Part shown: positions 24,516 through 32,945 of the stretch, piece after piece | How positions within the stretch are numbered: the stretch's first letter is position 1 | Layout of the letters: every line of letters starts with the position of its first letter | Source: Chloroflexota bacterium | GTDB taxonomy: Bacteria > Chloroflexota > Anaerolineae > VGOG01 | DNA length: 33,075 bases | NCBI GenBank assembly: GCA_030611885.1 | Contig: JAUWOY010000036.1 | Location: forward strand, 1-33,075 | Reading direction: 5' to 3' | The notes under the pieces: model-generated | Told to the model about the DNA's origin: nothing | What the model saw: the letters and a program-made list of their open reading frames with translations, nothing else | The model's database searches: none | Position numbers and translations under genes: made by a program

Positions 24516-27500
24516 ATGATTCTGAAAGGTAAGCTTTATGCAGAATCCCCGATTTACAGGGGAAATGCACGCAAGACCCTCTTCACGAGGGATGGAGACG
24601 GGACTCACCGCCTGGTCTCTCTGGCCGGGGAAATCGCGGGGACGGCCGAGTCCTTGATGGACGCCTTCATCGGCCAATCGCGCCGGGGCAGGAACATCGG
24701 CCTGCTGAATCGAATGTGGCTGCGGTTATACGACTCCCCCCTGCCGCAGGGGCTCATTACCAAAGTAGAGTGCCAGTTGCAAGAAAAGAGCTATCCTCGC
24801 GATCACTTCTTTGGCTTGCGCATGGGCATAAAGTTGGACGAGGATCGCTGGGCTGCGGAAGCGAACGCAAATTACAAGATGGAAACGTTGTTCCGCAACT
24901 CCGTCTTCGATTTCAGCCTGTCTGTAAATGAGTCGGCACTACAGCAAGGTGAAAACACAGCCCGACTGTACTACATCTTGCAAGAGCTCGCCGAAGGGCG
25001 ATTCTGGTTTGGGGCTGGCAAGAGCAAAGGCCTGGGGCGCGTTCGCCTTGAAATGGACCTGTCGCCTTTGATCTCCGAAACGCCTCCCCGCCTCCGCCCT
25101 GGAACCAATCACCTGAGGATGTTCTTGACCTTCAACGCCACGAATCCCGTTTTGGTCGGCTGGAACTGGGGCAAGGTAGACCCCGATGTGCCTTCCTTCG
25201 CCGCTATCGAAGGCCGCCTGTTGGTAGGGGCAATGCGCGATCTGCCAGACCCCATCCGCGAGCGGCTGGAGATGGGGTTGACGGGACCGATCCTCAGCCC
25301 GGCAGACTGGAAGCGCAAGTTCGCCGACTATCTTCCGAGAGTCATCGCCATTTGGTTGAGGGAGCAATCTATCGGAGAAGTCGAGGTTTGGGTTTTGCCA
25401 GCCCAAGCCGCGGCCAAGCTGGGCAAAGGGAAGTACGCGCTTTCCAAGAAAATACTCGCTCAGATTCAACCTCTGGTCGAGCAGCCTTTCTCCAGCAAAG
25501 AAACGGCTGATGCTGCGTTCAGGGAAGCCCTGGGGGAAAAGGCCAACATGGCCAAGCGTATCCTCAAGGTCATGGTGCAACAGCGCCAGACCCGCGAACA
25601 GCTCGATCGCGAAGCCTGGCTGGAAGTCGCCAATGGGCTGGGCCTGGATGTCACCCTGGCCGACCGTCTCGCCGAACAGATTCAAAGCGAAAAGGCCCTG
25701 ATAAAGGTTCTGACCCCCGCGTGCCAAAAGGTCCTCCCCCGGCTCTACCAACAGGTGGATCAACAGGTCAATCTGCTGCAGAGCGACGCCTGGGTGGACG
25801 CGGAGATCGCAGCCCGCGAGGAACACGCCCAGATCAAGAACATGTTGCTCCAAGGCAAGATAGGCGAGCGTCAGTGGGGCAAGCCGGATCTGGTTCCCGA
25901 AGGTATCAGTCCCGCCACGTGGAGGGAATTCGTTGCCGCCCACCGCCGCGTGCAATTCCGCTACATGCTGAATGCCAGGAACTTGAACAAGAGCATCACC
26001 AACGACGAGAACATGATCGCCTTCCTCAAGGCCTATCGTGATCGCACTCGCCAGGAGCTGGCCCAGCCCCACCACATTGACTTTCGAGCCGGCGGCCCGT
26101 CCAATCGAGAGATTTCCCGCAAGTATGGCAAGCCCTACGACACGGTGTTCATGCGCATGTTGGCCTGGTCGCCGTCCTCGCAAGAGCAAGGAGCCTGGGA
26201 GATCTACGTCCCCGGCAGCACGATCAAGGGGGCTTTTAGAAAACGTGCTTCGCAGGTGTTGAAAACCCTGTGGGGTGAATCGCGCCAGACCACCGAGATG
26301 TTGAATCTTCTCTTTGGCGCTCAAGGACAGCGGGGGCTGGTCTTTTTCTCCGACGCCTATCTCACCGATCCGTACGACCCGGAACGGGCCTGGTGCTCTA
26401 TGGACGGGGTCAAGATGAACCCCCGAACAGGGCAGCCGATAGAGGCCGCCAAGCACGACTACCTCTTCGCCTATGGCGACCAGCTCGCCTTCCAACTCCA
26501 GTTGGATATTCAGGACATCGAAGAGCAGGATATGGAGGCGATGTCCCTCCTGGCTCACCTGCTCCACGATTTCAAAAGAGGTGACATCCCCCTGGGCGGC
26601 GAAAAGACCAGCGGTTTCGGTTGGGTCAAGGCGGATGTGTCCAGGCTCACCTGGCTGACGGCGGACCCGGACGGTGTGGGAGAGAAGCTGTTCGGGAAGC
26701 AGACGCTGAGCCAGGATGGCCTGTGGCAGAGGCTGGACTTGGAGGGCGAGGAGGCCGCCAATGCCTTGCAGATCATCCATCCTATAGCTCCCGAGCAAGA
26801 AGTCTCCTCAACTCCGCCCAGGGCCAGAGCCGGCTTTGTCTCGCACCGGGCTTTCGGCGGCCATTGCGGCACGCTGGTGGTGGAAGCAGAGGTCTTGACC
26901 CCTCTCAACGTACGAGAGAGCGGCGAACCGTCCTTCGTAGCCGCCCTGGCGGATGGCCCTGTCAATGGCTGGGACTTCTTCGCCATGGCTCCCCCCGAAG
27001 CCGCCCAGCGTGGTCCCAACAAAGTCTACGCGCTCCCCAGCCGGAGCATCAAAGGAATGTTACGCCACATCTACTCCATCGCCAGCGATTCCAGCGAGCC
27101 GAGCCCCGACATCAGCCGCTTGAACCCAACAGACGGCTTGTTCGGCTGGGTGGGAAGGGGGCCAAACCAGGCCCTCATGGGGCGCCTGTCCTTCAGCTTT
27201 GGCCCGTTCGAGGAACCCGAGCTGGCCTGGTTCAAAGTGCCCTACCCCTACGGCGAGTGGCAGTACACCGGGGAGCAATGGAAACACTTGCCGGGGAGTT
27301 CCGCCGCCCAGATGCTCATCGGCAAGACGTGGCGGGTTTTCCCCCACGCCCCGTTGGCCCCCATCGTCAAACAGGTAGACGATTTCCAGCCCGATACGTT
27401 CCAGGCCCGCTACTTCAGGGCCATACTGCCTGGCGCCCGCGCCCGCTTCACGATCCGCTTCTGGAACCTCGAGGAGCAGGAGTTGCAGAGGTTGATATGG

Positions 27501-27737
27501 TCTGTGGTGCTGGAGCCGGGGCTCGCTCACAAGATGGGGAACAACCGCTACCTCGGCTTTGGCAGCCTGCGCCTGCACATTCTCCCCGACAGCTTTATGA
27601 TTGACTGGGCCAAGCGGTACGCCGACGAGCCTGAGGAGAGCTGGCAGTTGCCCATCCAGGTTGACGAATGGATCGAGCCCGAGGTGGTTTATCATCACAG
27701 AGCACTACAAAGGGCACTGAATGCTAAGCAGCTTTGA
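24516..27737 (+). CDS. Multi-RAMP fusion protein: Cas7-like domain 1, helical Cas11-like insert, Cas7-like domain 2, Cas7-like domain 3 (gRAMP/Cas7-11-like layout), 1073 aa
   Basis: Three RAMP signatures. (1) res about 1-180, G-rich loop FWFGAGKSKGLGRVRL. (2) res about 530-750, IYVPGSTIKGAFRKRA, LFGAQGQRGLVFFSDAYL and G-loop GGEKTSGFGWVKADV. (3) res about 780-1060, VYALPSRSIKGMLRHIYSIAS, GLFGWVG and G-loop GNNRYLGFGSLRLHI. A roughly 330-aa helical region sits between RAMP1 and RAMP2, in the position occupied by Cas11 in Cas7-11. No HD or GGDD (Cas10) motifs. The ATG at 24516 after AAGGAG is preferred over the listed 24462. Confidence 0.7.
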   Translation: MILKGKLYAESPIYRGNARKTLFTRDGDGTHRLVSLAGEIAGTAESLMDAFIGQSRRGRNIGLLNRMWLRLYDSPLPQGLITKVECQLQEKSYPRDHFFGLRMGIKLDEDRWAAEANANYKMETLFRNSVFDFSLSVNESALQQGENTARLYYILQELAEGRFWFGAGKSKGLGRVRLEMDLSPLISETPPRLRPGTNHLRMFLTFNATNPVLVGWNWGKVDPDVPSFAAIEGRLLVGAMRDLPDPIRERLEMGLTGPILSPADWKRKFADYLPRVIAIWLREQSIGEVEVWVLPAQAAAKLGKGKYALSKKILAQIQPLVEQPFSSKETADAAFREALGEKANMAKRILKVMVQQRQTREQLDREAWLEVANGLGLDVTLADRLAEQIQSEKALIKVLTPACQKVLPRLYQQVDQQVNLLQSDAWVDAEIAAREEHAQIKNMLLQGKIGERQWGKPDLVPEGISPATWREFVAAHRRVQFRYMLNARNLNKSITNDENMIAFLKAYRDRTRQELAQPHHIDFRAGGPSNREISRKYGKPYDTVFMRMLAWSPSSQEQGAWEIYVPGSTIKGAFRKRASQVLKTLWGESRQTTEMLNLLFGAQGQRGLVFFSDAYLTDPYDPERAWCSMDGVKMNPRTGQPIEAAKHDYLFAYGDQLAFQLQLDIQDIEEQDMEAMSLLAHLLHDFKRGDIPLGGEKTSGFGWVKADVSRLTWLTADPDGVGEKLFGKQTLSQDGLWQRLDLEGEEAANALQIIHPIAPEQEVSSTPPRARAGFVSHRAFGGHCGTLVVEAEVLTPLNVRESGEPSFVAALADGPVNGWDFFAMAPPEAAQRGPNKVYALPSRSIKGMLRHIYSIASDSSEPSPDISRLNPTDGLFGWVGRGPNQALMGRLSFSFGPFEEPELAWFKVPYPYGEWQYTGEQWKHLPGSSAAQMLIGKTWRVFPHAPLAPIVKQVDDFQPDTFQARYFRAILPGARARFTIRFWNLEEQELQRLIWSVVLEPGLAHKMGNNRYLGFGSLRLHILPDSFMIDWAKRYADEPEESWQLPIQVDEWIEPEVVYHHRALQRALNAKQL

Positions 27738-28599
27738 TTGGCTGCGCCGCAGTCGGACCGGCGCCGAGTTGTTAGCTACCCTGGAATATCTTACCACCAA
27801 GCCCGATCTCTTCCCTACCGGGGAAGAGATCGGGCTGCCTCATTCAGCCCTGAACGGCCCCTGCCAACGATGCTGGATCTACCCCCGGCTGCCTTTCCAG
27901 GATTACTGCGCACCTTGCCAGGCTATTCTGACCAGAGCCAGCAAGCTGGGCCACATCTCTTACCAATCCATCGTCATCTGGGGTTTTGTCAATTACTTGT
28001 CGAGGCTGCTTCGTATGGGTGAGGGATTTGACGCCCATCACATCTTTGGCGCCTATGCCCACGACGAGAATCATTTTCTGCTGGTGATACCCCGACACGA
28101 GTTAAAGCCCTGGCTGCGAGAACTGGGCATCTACCACGGGGCTGACCTGAAGGGAATAATCCAAGTCTTTCCCACCATGGGAGCAGCAAGAGGAATTGGT
28201 ATGGGGGATATCCTCTGTAGAGCCGTTCATCACGAGGCGCGTTTTTCTATGGACCGATTGCGCGTTCGGTTCTTCTCTTCGCCCTATCAACTCCTGAGAG
28301 CCCACGAACGCGACCGAGAGGGACTGCTCACCTTTGAGATCTCCGAATTCCTGAGCCTGCTAGAAATGGCAGCCGTCTTTCGGACCATCCTGCGCCCCGA
28401 AGAACAAGAGTCGCTTCACAAGCTGCTGGATTTGGAGGATGCCAGCGAGGAGCAGTTTTACTGGGGAAGATTCCTGGGGTTCTTGAGTCAGGAAGCCAAA
28501 GACATGCTGAACGCCTGGAGAATTCGACAGTGGCCTGAGAGTCGAATCAAACTGTTATACGAACTCGTTGATTATGTGGCCTTTTATCAAACCCATTAA
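27721..28599 (+). CDS. Hypothetical protein with N-terminal C-x2-C...C-x2-C zinc-ribbon (292 aa), cassette accessory
   Basis: CQRCWIYPRLPFQDYCAPCQ near the N-terminus. The rest is predicted helical. Overlaps the upstream gene by 17 nt and the downstream gene by 32 nt, suggesting an operon. No known Cas or Csx family recognised. Confidence 0.4.
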   Translation: MLSSFDWLRRSRTGAELLATLEYLTTKPDLFPTGEEIGLPHSALNGPCQRCWIYPRLPFQDYCAPCQAILTRASKLGHISYQSIVIWGFVNYLSRLLRMGEGFDAHHIFGAYAHDENHFLLVIPRHELKPWLRELGIYHGADLKGIIQVFPTMGAARGIGMGDILCRAVHHEARFSMDRLRVRFFSSPYQLLRAHERDREGLLTFEISEFLSLLEMAAVFRTILRPEEQESLHKLLDLEDASEEQFYWGRFLGFLSQEAKDMLNAWRIRQWPESRIKLLYELVDYVAFYQTH

Positions 28600-29593
28600 A
28601 CTCATCCGTTACCTGTTGGTGTGGCGGGTCAATAGCTCTTTGGTCTGGCTGCCGAGGTGTCTATCCACCGAGCTATCCCTGACCCTGGGAACCATGATTG
28701 CCAATCGTTTGCCAACTCGTGAGGCCGGTCCCTGGCGCAAAGCTCTGGCTCCCTGGGATGAATGTGGTGGAATCGCCCTCGTGGGGAAGAAAAAGCCCGA
28801 TAGGATACCAGAAGTATCATGGCCGATGGAAGCGGTATTGTTTGCCTATCCGGGCAAGCGGACCTATGGGCAGGGAGAGTTGATCCTGTGGGAACTCAAG
28901 CTGATGGGAGAGAGCGCAGACCACGGACTTTTCCTGGAAGTTATCCTGCCGGCTATGGAGGAAGCGGGGAGTGCTTCTGAGCTGCGATGGCAGCACCGAA
29001 ACGTCCTCTGGGGGCAATTCGACATCCAGGCAGTTTACGCAGCGCGGGGGCAGCAGTGGGAGCCTATAGTGAGTGACGGGCGACTGGACTTGAACTATCG
29101 TGCAAGCCCCACTCAGTGGGCTGAAGGATTGGATTTTGACTCAAAATCAGAGCGAATATTCGACTGTCTGACCTGGATAACTCCGTTTGATTTCAGCGAC
29201 GCAGACCAGATTGGCCGACGAGGCCATCGGCGGACAACCTCGCGAAAGAGAATACCGCCTCACCAAGTGCCAACCTTGCAGAGCATGCTAGAGTCCCTGA
29301 CAGCCCGGATGAGTTCGTTGCTACCGGGCAAACACCACACAGCCGACGATGTGTGGGATGTCTTGAGCGCGGCGGAACAGGCTTCCTTCCAAGCCATTCT
29401 GGAACAGGCTTCCCACATCCCCGTTCATCATAAAAAGCTTAAACGATCTCCCAAGAGCTGGCCAGGGCGCTGGATAGGCACGCAAACCTTTGCCTCCATC
29501 CCGCACTCCATCATCCCCTATCTTGAGCTGGCCTCCATACTCCACATCGGAAAACAGACCCACTTTGGATGCGGCACCTTTGCGATAAGTTGA
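28568..29593 (+). CDS. Cas6-like RAMP protein (C-terminal glycine-rich loop), 341 aa; start possibly at internal ATG 28694
   Basis: The C-terminal IPYLELASILHIGKQTHFGCGTFAI matches the Cas6/RAMP G-rich loop (G-x5-G-phi-G). Ferredoxin-like segments (AVLFAYPGKRTYGQGELILWELKLMGES...LFLEVILPAMEEAG). Lacks the PGSSIKG-type Cas7 motif. Confidence 0.5.
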   Translation: MIMWPFIKPIKLIRYLLVWRVNSSLVWLPRCLSTELSLTLGTMIANRLPTREAGPWRKALAPWDECGGIALVGKKKPDRIPEVSWPMEAVLFAYPGKRTYGQGELILWELKLMGESADHGLFLEVILPAMEEAGSASELRWQHRNVLWGQFDIQAVYAARGQQWEPIVSDGRLDLNYRASPTQWAEGLDFDSKSERIFDCLTWITPFDFSDADQIGRRGHRRTTSRKRIPPHQVPTLQSMLESLTARMSSLLPGKHHTADDVWDVLSAAEQASFQAILEQASHIPVHHKKLKRSPKSWPGRWIGTQTFASIPHSIIPYLELASILHIGKQTHFGCGTFAIS

Positions 29594-29714
29594 TTATGTC
29601 ACCCCCTCCACTGCCCGCCCCAATTCCCCGCCCCTGACCAATTCTCAATCTTCTCCTTCATCAAGAAAACCTCCTCATTGAGGCTACAGTGATCCTCCGA
29701 GACAAAAACAAGTA

Positions 29715-29861
29715 TGCGTTCAGGGGGTAGGCCAAACGTCGGTTGAGTAGCCCCGAGAGGGGCGTATCGAAACCACGTTTGGCCGCCCCTCCGTGTGATC
29801 ACTTGGTTTCGATACGACCCGCGGTCTACTCAACCGGCGTGATCGCCCTGAGGCTGAACGC
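29715..29861. repeat. Right 147-bp inverted repeat (IR-R), inverted copy of IR-L
   Basis: See IR-L. Internal stems: ggccaaacgt / acgtttggcc (10 bp), cgtatcgaaacca / tggtttcgatacg (13 bp), cggttgagtag / ctactcaaccg, cccc-gaga-gggg. The stems are interleaved, so alternative or pseudoknot-like folds are possible. It lies between the convergent Cas6-like gene and the rplI operon. Confidence 0.9.
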
Positions 29862-29935
29862 TTACAAAAACAATACCTCGCCTGGGGCTACCACGACGAG
29901 GTATTTGGTCCTATATCAACTGAATCACGAAGTCA

Positions 29936-30304
29936 TCAGAATTCCAATACCCTGCTACCTCCAAAGAGACCCACGAAATCGCCGTCGAAATCCCTGAGGA
30001 ACTCGTGGACATCGAGAAGATCGTCGGCATCTATCCGGGGCATCTCTCGGAACCTGGCCCACTCCTGGGACGTGAGCTCGTGGACGATCTCCGGCTTCTC
30101 TCCTTCCTGGATCACGGCGAAGACCAGGCTCTGGGTGCCACAGTGATCGCATTTCACCGCCATGATCCAAATCTCACCGTGACGCTCCACTATGCGGACA
30201 TTGTCTGGCTCATGGTAGTGCTGACAAACAGCGCAGGGGATGCTAGCTATCAAATGCTTGACGAGCTCACGCTTTTCGTAGCTTTCGTGCGACCTGGCTG
30301 CCAT
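29936..30304 (-). CDS. Hypothetical Cys-rich (CxxC...CxxC) protein, 122 aa, co-transcribed downstream of rplI
   Basis: Open frame beginning 2 nt after the rplI stop. CAVCQHY...CDHCGTQ zinc-ribbon-like. No family recognised. Confidence 0.4.
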   Translation of the reverse strand: MAARSHESYEKRELVKHLIASIPCAVCQHYHEPDNVRIVERHGEIWIMAVKCDHCGTQSLVFAVIQEGEKPEIVHELTSQEWARFREMPRIDADDLLDVHEFLRDFDGDFVGLFGGSRVLEF

Positions 30305-30306
30305 CG

Positions 30307-30759
30307 TTATTCTTCCTCCCGCTCCACGACCACCGTGATCTCAGGCATCACATCGGTCATCAGCTTGATGGGAACGCGATGTACGCCTAGTTCATGGATG
30401 CTACCTTTGAGTTGTAGCTTGCGCTTGTCGAAAGCATGCCCTGTCTGGCGCTCAAGGGCCTCCACGATATCACCGCTGGTTATGGAACCATAGAGCCTAT
30501 CCTTCTCCCCAGCCTTGGCCTTGAAGGTCAGCGTCACTTGCCACAGAATCTCAGCCAGGGATGCGGCCTCCTCTTCAGCTCGCCGTTGATGCTTGGACTT
30601 GGCCTTGCTCTGCAACTGAGCCTTTTTTACAGCGCCCTCCGTGGCCAGCACTGCCAGGCCCTTAGGAATCAGTAGGTTGCGCGCATAGCCATCGGGCACT
30701 TTTTTGATCTCGCCGGCACTGCCTAAGTTCTCCACATCCTGGGTCAAGAGTATTTTCAT
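30307..30759 (-). CDS. rplI: 50S ribosomal protein L9, 150 aa
   Basis: MKILLTQDVENLGSAGEIKKVPDGYARNLLIPKGLAVLAT is the L9 N-domain signature. The ATG at 30759 follows GAGGA. The listed start at 30783 is likely too far upstream. Confidence 0.85.
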   Translation of the reverse strand: MKILLTQDVENLGSAGEIKKVPDGYARNLLIPKGLAVLATEGAVKKAQLQSKAKSKHQRRAEEEAASLAEILWQVTLTFKAKAGEKDRLYGSITSGDIVEALERQTGHAFDKRKLQLKGSIHELGVHRVPIKLMTDVMPEITVVVEREEE

Positions 30760-30856
30760 AGCATCCTCACTTTCTATCCTCAATTTATCTAATGATACAC
30801 CAAAACGGAAAAAACCTCAAATCAGCCTTGCGGCGACCATCCGCTTGCAAGTTCTG

Positions 30857-30912
30857 AGCAGAGCGGGCTCCCACGCCCGCGAACCGGCGGCATGGGAGCC
30901 GCCTCTGCTGGA
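30857..30912. repeat. Imperfect long hairpin (two 17-nt arms, 14 complementary, loop cccgcgaaccggcgg) whose 5-prime arm and loop form the inverted copy of the repeat at 22785-22830
   Basis: gagcagagcgggctcccacg ... catgggagccgcctctgctgg. The 38-nt core is the reverse complement of 22789-22826. Confidence 0.75.
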
Positions 30913-30932
30913 AATCCCGGAGCTGCTGATTA

Positions 30933-30961
30933 TTGCCTATTAGGGCAAAGTAAGGTATAAT
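30933..30961 (+). promoter_or_regulatory. Sigma70-like promoter (-35 TTGCCT, 17-nt spacer, -10 TATAAT) for the RodZ-like gene
   Basis: ttgcct at 30933-30938 and tataat at 30956-30961. RBS GGGAGGG 7 nt before ATG 31012. Confidence 0.5.
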
Positions 30962-31011
30962 AGCGACTGGCGAATTCGGGTTCGCTAGCAATTTTATGGG
31001 AGGGAAAGTTG

Positions 31012-32004
31012 ATGGGCGATCTTGGTCAGTTGCTACGGGAAGCACGCGAACAAAAGGGGGTGTCCCTGGAAAAGGTCGAGGAGGCCACACGAATACGGCA
31101 GAAGTTTCTCCAGGCTCTGGAGGAGGGGGACTATGGGGCCTTGCCCGCCGAAACTTACGTCAAAGGGTTCCTGCGCACCTACGCCGTGTATCTGGAGCTC
31201 GACCCCGAAGAATTGATAGCCCTCTACGAAGGCCGGGAGAACGAGGGCAAGGCAGCGCTGCCACAGCCTGGCTTCTTCCAGCCGATGGACCTCTCCCTGG
31301 CCGCGCCCTCCTGGCTGACGCCCGACCTGGTGATTGGCGCTCTGCTCATCGTGGTGCTCCTAGCCTTTGGGTGCTGGGCTACCTGGCACTACCTTCCCCC
31401 CACAATCAAGACCCAGTTGCTATTCTGGCGAGCCGCCGCTACCGTCACCCCATCGCCCACTGCTACCACCTCCGCCGTCCTGCCCCGCCTCACCCCGACA
31501 GCAGCGCCCACCACGACACCCACCACGATGCCTACCGCCACGCCCACCGAAATGCCCACCGCAGTGCCCACTGCCACACCTACCGCCATGCCCACCGTCG
31601 CAGTCGTCGTCGAGCCCACCTCCACCCCCACCAGCGTCCCTCCCTCCACTCCCACCAGCACCCCCACCAGCGCCGCCCCCACTGACACCCCCACGCCCAG
31701 GGTCTCCACCGGCATCGAAGTCGAGTTGAGAATCGTCGAGTATGCCTGGCTGCGGGTTATCGTGGACGGGGAGGAGGTTTTCATAGGCTCTCTGGAAGCG
31801 GGCGCCACGCGCACTTTTCGCGGGCGAGAGAGCGTCGCCCTGCGCTGCGGCAACGCCGGCGGCGTGGAAGCCGCCGTCAACGGCGAACCCCTGGGCCTGC
31901 TGGGGGAAAGGGGCCAGGTGGTGGACATAGAATGGCTGGCGGAGGGAGTCACCCCCACGCCTGCCACGCCTGAGGCTACAGCAACTCCCACCGCCACTCC
32001 CTGA
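31012..32004 (+). CDS. rodZ: RodZ-like cytoskeleton-associated protein: XRE-type HTH, single TM, Pro/Thr-rich linker, C-terminal DUF4115-like domain, 330 aa
   Basis: N-terminal LGQLLREAREQKGVSLEKVEEATRIRQKFLQALEEGDY HTH. TM helix LVIGALLIVVLLAFGCWATW. About 90-aa low-complexity TPT/PTA linker. C-terminal IEVELRIVEYAWLRVIVDGEEVF...ALRCGNAGGVEAAVNGEPLG. The antisense ORFs 31389..32201 and 31420..32124 are shadows of the linker. Confidence 0.7.
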   Translation: MGDLGQLLREAREQKGVSLEKVEEATRIRQKFLQALEEGDYGALPAETYVKGFLRTYAVYLELDPEELIALYEGRENEGKAALPQPGFFQPMDLSLAAPSWLTPDLVIGALLIVVLLAFGCWATWHYLPPTIKTQLLFWRAAATVTPSPTATTSAVLPRLTPTAAPTTTPTTMPTATPTEMPTAVPTATPTAMPTVAVVVEPTSTPTSVPPSTPTSTPTSAAPTDTPTPRVSTGIEVELRIVEYAWLRVIVDGEEVFIGSLEAGATRTFRGRESVALRCGNAGGVEAAVNGEPLGLLGERGQVVDIEWLAEGVTPTPATPEATATPTATP

Positions 32005-32016
32005 GCGAGGGATGAT

Positions 32017-32241
32017 ATGAGCATCACAACCCAATTTGAGGACGAGAAGGAATTGATCGAGTCCGCCTTGAGGAAGTTTCTGTACGAACTCGGCCTGGCA
32101 GACATCCGCCGCCGAATACCGCAAGCAGAGTTGTCTAAAGAAGAGGTGGAGGCGGAACTGAAGGAGATCAGGCAGGTTAAAAGGGAGGCCTTACGATACA
32201 CCAGAAGGGATTTAGCTTCACTCGAATTGGACTATGGATAG
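32017..32241 (+). CDS. Hypothetical small charged protein, 74 aa
   Basis: Open frame 12 nt after the rodZ-like stop, overlapping the next gene by 8 nt. No family recognised. Confidence 0.35.
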   Translation: MSITTQFEDEKELIESALRKFLYELGLADIRRRIPQAELSKEEVEAELKEIRQVKREALRYTRRDLASLELDYG

Positions 32242-32938
32242 GATGGAGCTGATCAAAACACTCCTGGACAGGTTGGGCGGGCGGTTCTCGGTCTCCCTGG
32301 GCATCAACCTCGACCAGGCTGAATCACACGAGGTCTTCAAGTGGTTCCTGGCCTCCATTCTCTACGGGGCCAGGATTTCGGAGACCATCGCCAACAACAC
32401 CTACCGAGTGTTCGAGAGGAACAAGGTGCTGAGCCCCGATCGGATCCTGGAGACCGGGTGGGATGGCCTGGTTCTGATCCTGGACGTCGGAGGCTACGTC
32501 CGCTACGACTTCAAGACCGCCACCAAGCTGCTGGAGGCCATGGCGGCCTTGAAAGAAAGATTCGACGGCGACCTGAACGTGCTTCACGCCCAGGCGCAAA
32601 GCCCTCACGACCTGGAGCAGAAGCTGATGGGGCTGGGCAAGGGCATCGGCCCGGTGACGGTGAACATCTTCCTGAGGGAGCTGCGCGATGTCTGGGAGAA
32701 GGCCGACCCGCTGCCCCAGCACCTGGCGGTGATGGCAGCTCGGAATCTGGGACTCATTCAAGCGGACGAACGAAGGGTGGTCTTGAGTGAGCTCAGGCCA
32801 GTGTGGGAGAGGCAAGCCCTGCCAGGCTGGAACTTCGCCGATTTCGAATCCTCGCTGGTGAGGTTGGGTAAGGACTATTGCCGCCGGGAGAAATGTGCCA
32901 CCTGCCCTGTGGCTGAGGAATGTGAAAGAAGTGCCTAG
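32234..32938 (+). CDS. HhH-GPD-like (endonuclease III / DNA glycosylase superfamily-like) protein with C-terminal Cys cluster, 234 aa
   Basis: The helix-hairpin-helix element LMGLGKGIGPVTVNIFLRELRDV and the C-terminal CRREKCATCPVAEEC (C-x4-C-x2-C-x5-C) are reminiscent of the EndoIII Fe-S loop. Tentative family assignment. Confidence 0.4.
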   Translation: MDRMELIKTLLDRLGGRFSVSLGINLDQAESHEVFKWFLASILYGARISETIANNTYRVFERNKVLSPDRILETGWDGLVLILDVGGYVRYDFKTATKLLEAMAALKERFDGDLNVLHAQAQSPHDLEQKLMGLGKGIGPVTVNIFLRELRDVWEKADPLPQHLAVMAARNLGLIQADERRVVLSELRPVWERQALPGWNFADFESSLVRLGKDYCRREKCATCPVAEECERSA

Positions 32939-32945
32939 TACTTTG

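Noticed and set aside
24939-26798. 619-aa minus ORF; also 26621..27604 + (327 aa) and 27060..27698 - (212 aa)
   Set aside because: Antisense or alternative frames of the multi-RAMP gene.
24249-29861. CRISPR array
   Set aside because: The only long repeats are two copies in inverted, not direct, orientation and 5.3 kb apart. No regularly spaced direct repeats of 25-40 nt occur anywhere in the window.
31389-32201. 270-aa and 234-aa minus ORFs, and 31367..31729 + ORF
   Set aside because: Shadows of the repetitive Pro/Thr-rich linker coding region of the RodZ-like gene.
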